Part shown: piece by piece, positions 9,001 through 15,181 of the stretch | How the letters are laid out: every line of letters begins with the position of its first letter | Numbering within the stretch: position 1 is the stretch's first letter | Source of the DNA: an uncultured Planctomycetales bacterium | GTDB lineage: Bacteria; Omnitrophota; Gorgyraeia; Zapsychrales; JANLHA01 | Assembly: GCA_964450385.1 (NCBI GenBank) | Contig: CAYVEC010000010.1 | Coordinates: 1,722-65,721 of the forward strand | DNA length: 64,000 bases | Direction: 5' to 3' | Notes under the pieces: model-generated | Told to the model about the DNA's origin: nothing | Database searches by the model: none | The model's input: the letters and a program-made list of their open reading frames with translations, nothing else | Program-made: the position numbers and the translations under genes

Positions 9001-10613
9001 TGGGTGACGATGGGGAGAGCTCGTGGGCCATCAGCCTGATGCTTGATCATTACAGCTATCGTTTTTATCCTGTTGAATGGTATGGGATCCGGATCTTTTT
9101 AAAGCGGCGCCTTGAGAGCGCGGTCGTGGCGCCGACTCTGAAGAGCGTGTTGCCGCCGGTGCTTTTTATGGCGGCGGGACTCGTGGCTGAGAGCCCGATG
9201 GCGTTTGGGGCCGGCGGATGGGTGGCGGCAGGGATGATGGCGTATTCAGCCTGGAGAAAGGTTTCGCGACGGCGAGCGAAGGGCGGGATCTCTCGGTGGT
9301 CGGAGGATGCCTGTGTTTGCTCTGAGCCTCATGTTGAGGCGGTGATGGGCTCTATTTTTGAGGAAGAAATTCAGGGGATTCCTTTTCATACGTCAATGGA
9401 ACACATCGAGTTCTGCGAGTGGCTGGATCGGAGTTCGGAACGGTTGGGGTCGAGACCGCATCTGGTTTATCTCGATAGCCATCATGATGCCGCGCCTTTT
9501 CGATCGCAGCCGAATTCAGCGAATTGGGTCCGGACCCGTCGGGGGCTTTTTTCAAAAGTGGTTTGGTATATCTCGCCGCTGACTATTAGATATTTTATGA
9601 GACGGACAGGCTTGCTGTATCGGGAGGCGCTGGTTCGGCTTCAGGGATATTATCGGGAGTTTGATATCGAGGTGGTGGCCCATGTTCATGGCCTGTCTTC
9701 TTTAGAAGGGCCGACGGTCATGAGTGTGGATATGGATTTTTTTGATTGTGAATTCGGCGGCGTGGGTGGGGTTCCGGTCACGCGTCAGACGCTGCAATTG
9801 GCAGATGGGCAGAGAATTCTTCGTCGGATCATCAGAACGCTGAATCGCGGCAAGGCTCAGATTGTGGGTGTTGATCTGACGTTAACAGGCCGTCCCTTTT
9901 TGTCGATGAAGAGCGCACAGCAATGGCGCGGGATGACGAGAGAGGTTTTTCGTGAGAGCCTCCGCCGAGGGGGCGGCCGGGTGAAGGCCGGAGGAACGGG
10001 ACGGACGGGGTCCTTATTCGGATGGTGTTCGTCGGCGCTGCGGTGGCTTAAGGTGCGGCTGCGTGTTTTTGGAAGGGCCGATCGGATCTTGGAGGGGCAG
10101 ACGCCAGGGGCGTCATGCGAGCAGGCGGCGCCGGCGGCGGTCGGGGTTCGGGGTTCTGTGGTGCGGGTGACTCGCTCATCGGTTCAGGACCCGAATAATA
10201 CGACATGGCGCGGGTATTTTGAAGGAAAACTCTTGATGGAGGAAGGCTCCCGTGACCAGGCCATGTTGGCCCGGTCGGATTACGAGCAAAAATATCTCGA
10301 GCGGTTCTTAAGGCCGGAGGAATATCCGGAGTGGGCGGTATTCAGGACTGCGCTCGTGCGAGACCCGGGCGCGTACCATCCGGTGTGGCGGACGTTGCTC
10401 GATAACGTCGTCGCAGTTGAGATGGCCCTTTATGATGATGGAGGGCAGTACGATTCTGAAAATATTCACACTGTGATCCCCGACGGGATCATCTGGCCGA
10501 CAGATCCTTTGATCCCGATCTCTCGGCCACCCAAGGCCGATATTTTATTCTTTCCTCTGGCCCCTATGGGGTTCTTCAGGTCCCGCCAACGGATCGGTAT
10601 GGCGGTCATCTAA
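3..10613 (+). CDS. giant multidomain protein, 5'-partial (at least 3534 aa inside window; frame open to window edge)
   Basis: Single stop-free frame of 10.6 kb (random expectation at this GC is a stop every ~40 codons). Recognisable motif sets of several protein families occur in series, separated by Pro/acidic linkers. TAA stop at 10611-10613. Codon usage resembles neighbouring genes. Confidence 0.6.
   Translation, partial: [3536 protein letters not shown]
250..950 (+). other. metallo-beta-lactamase-fold-like module of giant ORF
   Basis: TLIDSGIG followed by ATHFDMDHN (a variant of the HxHxDH zinc motif, second His replaced by Asp) and later HLSGHDEP. Motif-level only. Confidence 0.3.
4050..4300 (+). 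other. HD-domain-like phosphohydrolase module of giant ORF
   Basis: [12 protein letters not shown] (HD dyad at nt ~4134-4139) followed by conserved His/Asp (VPHADAGEG ... LAHSDLLD). Confidence 0.3.
5800..6170 (+). other. GHKL/HATPase_c ATPase module of giant ORF
   Basis: N-box [10 protein letters not shown], G1-like [9 protein letters not shown], G2 box [19 protein letters not shown], ending FDILLP. No HisKA/phospho-His box recognisable upstream. Confidence 0.55.
6440..7150 (+). other. PrmA-like class I SAM methyltransferase module of giant ORF
   Basis: Motif I [27 protein letters not shown], downstream IDVVVANLG (PrmA-like VVANI motif), upstream YWILGDY resembling the PrmA N-domain. Confidence 0.5.
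7272..7930 (+). other. cytidylate-kinase (Cmk)-like P-loop kinase module of giant ORF
   Basis: [36 protein letters not shown] (Cmk P-loop plus DTGAMYRA-like box), [10 protein letters not shown] (GRDIGTVVFP-like), [15 protein letters not shown] (LID/ARRR), about 220 aa as in free-standing Cmk. In-frame GTG at 7272 preceded by GGAGAGG 7 nt upstream. Confidence 0.6.
8100..8290 (+). other. HTH_XRE-like module 1 of giant ORF
   Basis: [63 protein letters not shown]: XRE/Cro-C1 type helix-turn-helix pattern. Confidence 0.4.
8340..8530 (+). other. HTH_XRE-like module 2 of giant ORF
   Basis: [23 protein letters not shown] ... [23 protein letters not shown]: second XRE-type HTH (RxxxGxTQxxLA pattern). 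Confidence 0.45.
9135..9250 (+). other. hydrophobic helix pair (possible membrane hairpin) in giant ORF
   Basis: [36 protein letters not shown] followed by a basic stretch [10 protein letters not shown]. Confidence 0.3.
9380..9900 (+). other. arginase/deacetylase-fold-like metal-binding motif pair in giant ORF C-terminus
   Basis: YLDSHHD (matches the DAHxD Mn ligands) and about 80 aa later SVDMDFFD (matches SxDxDxxD). The GGDHS motif is not found, so this is tentative. Confidence 0.25.
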
Positions 10614-10618
10614 TCGTA

Positions 10619-12418
10619 TTATGTTCGTAAAAATTGTTTGTCAAGAAAGGCGGTCGTGAGTTCGACGACGATCGGCCGGCCGTGGGGGCAGGTGAACGGG
10701 TCACGGCAGGCGAGGAGCTGGGTGCGTTGAAATTCAACCTGTTGCGCGCTCATCGGGTCTCCGGACATGACCGAGGCCCGGCAGGCGCGTCGGGCAAGCT
10801 GCTGGTGATCGCATCGGGCGAGGTCCCCGCCGGTGAGGAGTTCATGAACGGCCCATTCTGCGTTGGGGATGAGGGCCGGATGGGTGTGGATCGCGAGGGT
10901 AGTCTCATCAAATTGTGTTGTCGAGAATCCCATAGCCTCGAGCACCGACTGGGATGTGGCCCAGACGACCTTTTCCTGGGGGGTCAATGTTAAGGTAAAC
11001 GGGGTGAGGAGGTGCTGGATCTCGACCCGGCTGTTCTGCATTTGTTCAACGAGGCGTTCAAAGGTGATCCGTTCTTGCGCTGCGTGCTGGTCGACCATGA
11101 GGAGCGAGGTCGCGCTCTCAAAGAAAAGATATTTGTAATGGAAGGCACCGATGAAACGCGACGCGATAAATCGTTCTTTCATGGAGAGGTGGCGGGCCTG
11201 GAGGGCGTGGTCCGCGAAGAGAGAATCAGGGGCGTTTGCCGGATAGGCGTATTCGTTTGTCGCCGGGCGCGCGGTCCAGTCAGTCGGATGTGCGGCACCC
11301 TGCACGGGTTCTTCGGATGAGGGTTCGGTCAGTTCACGATCGAGGAAGCCGGACACCAGACGCCGGATGTTGAGCGGCGGATCCGATGGGGCCGTCGCTG
11401 GGCCGTCGCTGGCCTGCCGGGCGGAACCCCCTTGCATGAGGGACTGTTCCGTCATGCGCCGGAGGGCCTGGCAGAGACCGGCCTCATGATGGATCTTGAC
11501 CTCGCGTTTTGTCGGATGGATGTTCACGTCGATATCGCGGGCCGGGAGATCGAGGTTTAGATAAAAGAACGGATAGTGCCGGGGCGGCAGGATGAGCCGG
11601 TAGACGTTGTTCATGTGGAAACGGATGGCGGCATTCTCGACCGGCCGGCCGTTGATAAAAAGGAATTGGAGGTCGCGTTTGGTGCGGAGGATATTGATGT
11701 CGCCGAGGATAAAGGAGACTGTTGTGCCGAGGACCTCGAATTGTTCCTCGCCTTGGATGAAAAAATCTTTATTGAGGTTGAGGACCTGGCTGACCCGGGC
11801 GGCGGCGTCCGATGACGGCGCGGCATCGATGAGGGTCTTTCCATTATGCGTCACCTTGAACCGCTTTTCGGGAAACAGGAGCGTGTAAGGGATGATGATG
11901 TCCAGGACCTGATTCAGTTCCGCGGCGTCGGATTTTAAGAATTTCCGCCGGGCCGGTGTATTAAAAAAGAGCTCCTGGACCTGGATCTCGGTGCCGGGTG
12001 TCATGCCCAGGGCTTTCACGCCGAGCCGCTCCCCGGCGCGGAGGTGGATCTCGTGTCCGGCGTCATGCTCGCGTGTTCGGCTGCGGAGCGTGATATCCGA
12101 GACTGCGGCGATGCTGTAGAGGGCCTCTCCGCGGAATCCGAGCGACTGGATGTCCCAGAGATCATCGGCCGATTGGATCTTGCTTGTGGAGTGGCGCTGA
12201 AAGATCGTTTCAAGATCGTCGGGATCGATGCCGCTGCCGTTATCACGGATCACGAGGCGCGTTTTTCCGGCCTGCTCGAGCTCGACCTCGATCCGGTCCG
12301 CGCTGGCATCCAGGGCGTTCTCGAGGAGCTCCTTGATCACGGAGGCGGGCCGGTCAACGACCTCTCCGGCCGCGATCTTGCTCACGATATCGGGGGGCAG
12401 GACATGGACGCGTTTCAT
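10619..12418 (-). CDS. mutL: DNA mismatch repair protein MutL (endonuclease-type)
   Basis: 599 aa. N-terminal GHKL motifs (KELLENALDA). C-terminal endonuclease motif DQHAAQERITFE and CPHGRP zinc motif. 4-bp ATGA overlap with mutS. Confidence 0.95.
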   Translation of the reverse strand: MKRVHVLPPDIVSKIAAGEVVDRPASVIKELLENALDASADRIEVELEQAGKTRLVIRDNGSGIDPDDLETIFQRHSTSKIQSADDLWDIQSLGFRGEALYSIAAVSDITLRSRTREHDAGHEIHLRAGERLGVKALGMTPGTEIQVQELFFNTPARRKFLKSDAAELNQVLDIIIPYTLLFPEKRFKVTHNGKTLIDAAPSSDAAARVSQVLNLNKDFFIQGEEQFEVLGTTVSFILGDINILRTKRDLQFLFINGRPVENAAIRFHMNNVYRLILPPRHYPFFYLNLDLPARDIDVNIHPTKREVKIHHEAGLCQALRRMTEQSLMQGGSARQASDGPATAPSDPPLNIRRLVSGFLDRELTEPSSEEPVQGAAHPTDWTARPATNEYAYPANAPDSLFADHALQARHLSMKERFIASRFIGAFHYKYLFFESATSLLMVDQHAAQERITFERLVEQMQNSRVEIQHLLTPFTLTLTPQEKVVWATSQSVLEAMGFSTTQFDETTLAIHTHPALIPNAEWAVHELLTGGDLARCDHQQLARRACRASVMSGDPMSAQQVEFQRTQLLACRDPFTCPHGRPIVVELTTAFLDKQFLRT

Positions 12419-15021
12419 GGTGTCACCGTTTCTGTTTCGATCCTTGTCTTCATCTGATGGAGGACCGACAGGGCCTCGAGCGGGGTCAGGGTATTGATGT
12501 CGATGCCGGCGAGTTCTCGCCGGATCGTCTCCGTCGCGAGGGCCATGTGCTGATGGAATAATTCCAATTGCGGGGAACTCGGAACCGTGGCAGGCGCCGT
12601 GGTGAGGGCCGCGTTCATGTCCTCGTGCGCCTCGAGTTCGCGGAGAACCTCCTGGGCCCGCGCGATGATCGCCTTCGGGATGCCCGCGAGTTGGGCCACG
12701 TAGATACCGTAGGAGTCGTCCGTGCTTCCCGGCACGATCTTATGGAGAAAGACGACCTCGCCGCCCCAGTCTTTGACCGCGACGTGATAATTTTTGATGC
12801 CGGGGATCTCCTGAGCGAGAGCGGTCAGTTCATGAAAATGGGTTGCGAAGAGGACCCGCGCCGGTGTCCGCCCCAGGTGCTCCGCAATCGACCAGGCCAG
12901 GCTGAGCCCGTCAACCGTTGATGTCCCGCGGCCGATCTCGTCGAGGATCACGAGGCTGCGGTCGGAGAGATTGTTCAGGATATCGGCCGTCTCGTTCATT
13001 TCGACCATGAAGGTGCTTTGGCCTTTTGAGATGTCGTCATGGGCGCCGATGCGGGTGAAGATCTTATCCACGACCCCGATATGGGCCGCGTCAGCGGGAA
13101 TGAAACTCCCGATTTGGGCGAGGATGACGAGGATCGCGATCTGGCGGATGTAGGTCGATTTCCCGGCCATGTTCGGGCCGGTCAGGATGACGAGGTGCTG
13201 GTCGCCCTGGTTGAGCCGTGTGTCATTCGGAACGAAGGGCAGGGTGCTGGTGCGTTCGACCACGGGATGACGTCCGGCGGTGATCTCGATCCGGTCATCA
13301 TCCGTGATCTCGGGCGCGGTGTAGCCGGGCTCCTCGGCGAGCCGGCTTAAGGCGTAGAGGGCGTCGATCATGCTCACCTGATGAAAACATTCATGGAGGG
13401 CCGCTGTCTGGCTGAGGATCGTCTGTTGTAATTCTTCGAGCAGGGTCTGCTCGAGGGTGAGGATCTTTTCCTGGGCGGTGAGGATCCTGTCTTCATAGTC
13501 TTTGAGTTCAGCCGTGATAAAGCGTTCCGCGTTGACGAGGGTCTGTTTGCGGATGTAGTCCGCGGGGACCCGCGCGAGATGGGTTCGTGTGACTTCGATA
13601 TAATAGCCGAAGATCCGGTTAAAACCGACCTTGAGCGATCCGATCCCGGTTCGGGCCGCCTCACGCGTCTGGAAATTTTTGAGCCATTCATGCCCATGGG
13701 CCTGAAGCTCTTTGAGGCTGTCGAGTTCCGCGTGGTAGCCGGGGCGGATCACTTTCCCCTCGTGTTTGGTGAGCGGCATCTCGGGATTCATGGCCCGGTC
13801 GAGCAGGGTTCGGAGGTCCGGCAGGTCCGAGACCGAGATCAGCGGCGTGTGCCCGAGGAGGGGGCCGATCGCGGCGGAAAAATCCGGGAGCAGGTTGAGG
13901 GCCGTCCGGATATTAAACACGTCGCGGGCGTTTGTGTAGCCGCAGGAGAGCCGTGAGATGCTTTTTTCAACATCCGGCATGGCGCCGAGAAGTGGGGCCA
14001 GGGCATCCTGGACTGCCGGGGCGTTGAGCAGACACCGGACCGCGGATTGACGCGCGAGAATGTCTTCAGGATTTTTGAGCGGGTGAAAGAACCAAAAGTT
14101 GAGGAGGCGGCGGCCGGACGCGCAGAGGGTCCGGTCGATGGTTTTAAAAACTGTCGTCAGCTCGAGCCCGTAGATTGCGGCGGGTGAAATATAGGCGAAA
14201 TCTCCGTCGGCAAAAAGACAGATCTTATCAATGTGGCGGAGCGGCTGGCGGTTCATTTGCTTCAGATATTCGAGGAGGGCCCCGGCGCTTGCCGTGGCCG
14301 CCGGAAGGTCCTGGACCCCGAACCCTCGGAGATTCGGGAGCCGGAAATGTTCAGAGAGCGCCTTTTGAGCGAGCTCGAGGTTAAAACACCAGTCGTCGTG
14401 CGGGTTAAAGGCGATGTGTTTGGCCTGGATCAGGGGATGCCGCGCGAGCCGGGCGATCCGCTCGTGGTCGCGGGCCGGATACACGCATTCTTGGACCGAG
14501 AGCCGGCTCATGATCTCGAGGCACTGCTCAAGAGACCGATATTCATTCGTCTGGAGCGTGCCGGTTGAGGGATCGATCAGGGCAAGCCCGATCGCGTCCC
14601 CGAGGGGGCAGAGACAGATGATGTAGCGGGCCTCGCTTGAGGATGTATCTAGAAAGGTTCCCGCGGTAATCACCCGGATGACGTCGCGGCGCACAATGCC
14701 CTTGGCGTTTTTGGGGTCTTCGACCTGTTCGCAGATGGCGATCTTTTTTCCGGCCCGGATGAGTTTGGTGATATAGCTGTCTGCGGAATGGTATGGGATC
14801 CCGCACATCGGAACGTGGTTGGCCGTGCCTTTGCCGCGGGAGGTGAGGACTAGGTCCAGGATCCGGCTGGCCACGGCCGCGTCCTCGTAAAACATTTCGT
14901 AGAAGTCGCCGAGGCGGAAGAAGAGAATGCAGTCTTGATACCGGTTTTTGATCTGCCGGTATTGGACCAACATCGGGGTTTCGGGGTCGTGGGGCATACC
15001 GCTATACAGTTCAGGGGTCAA
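12415..15021 (-). CDS. mutS: DNA mismatch repair protein MutS
   Basis: 868 aa. MutS N-terminal mismatch-binding region, Walker A GPNMAGKST, FATHFHELT motif. Confidence 0.95.
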   Translation of the reverse strand: MTPELYSGMPHDPETPMLVQYRQIKNRYQDCILFFRLGDFYEMFYEDAAVASRILDLVLTSRGKGTANHVPMCGIPYHSADSYITKLIRAGKKIAICEQVEDPKNAKGIVRRDVIRVITAGTFLDTSSSEARYIICLCPLGDAIGLALIDPSTGTLQTNEYRSLEQCLEIMSRLSVQECVYPARDHERIARLARHPLIQAKHIAFNPHDDWCFNLELAQKALSEHFRLPNLRGFGVQDLPAATASAGALLEYLKQMNRQPLRHIDKICLFADGDFAYISPAAIYGLELTTVFKTIDRTLCASGRRLLNFWFFHPLKNPEDILARQSAVRCLLNAPAVQDALAPLLGAMPDVEKSISRLSCGYTNARDVFNIRTALNLLPDFSAAIGPLLGHTPLISVSDLPDLRTLLDRAMNPEMPLTKHEGKVIRPGYHAELDSLKELQAHGHEWLKNFQTREAARTGIGSLKVGFNRIFGYYIEVTRTHLARVPADYIRKQTLVNAERFITAELKDYEDRILTAQEKILTLEQTLLEELQQTILSQTAALHECFHQVSMIDALYALSRLAEEPGYTAPEITDDDRIEITAGRHPVVERTSTLPFVPNDTRLNQGDQHLVILTGPNMAGKSTYIRQIAILVILAQIGSFIPADAAHIGVVDKIFTRIGAHDDISKGQSTFMVEMNETADILNNLSDRSLVILDEIGRGTSTVDGLSLAWSIAEHLGRTPARVLFATHFHELTALAQEIPGIKNYHVAVKDWGGEVVFLHKIVPGSTDDSYGIYVAQLAGIPKAIIARAQEVLRELEAHEDMNAALTTAPATVPSSPQLELFHQHMALATETIRRELAGIDINTLTPLEALSVLHQMKTRIETETVTP

Positions 15022-15108
15022 TAGGGTTTTTTAGCACGACCATCATAGCATAAAATGAAAAAAAAGGACAACAGGTGATTTTACTCCGCCAGAAACACCA
15101 TCGATTCG

Positions 15109-15137
15109 TTGACAGCTTTTTATGTGAGGTTTATAAT
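15109..15137 (+). promoter_or_regulatory. sigma70-type promoter, TTGACA-17-TATAAT (perfect consensus)
   Basis: ttgaca at ~15109-15114, 17-nt spacer, tataat at ~15132-15137. 45 nt upstream of the ATG at 15182, in an AT-rich intergenic region. Confidence 0.5.
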
Positions 15138-15181
15138 CAAAGTGTCTTAATATCCGAATACTCTTATCTAAAGGAATATCT

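Noticed and set aside
3-10613. Alternative explanation that the giant frame is simply several ordinary same-frame genes (MBL, HD, prmA, cmk, regulators) lying head to tail
   Set aside because: Independent genes need terminating stops. No TAA, TAG or TGA occurs in this frame for 3,534 codons, and the code is standard here (mutL, mutS and pur genes terminate normally). Only a sequencing or assembly error could reconcile this, and that is listed as a refutation test rather than assumed.
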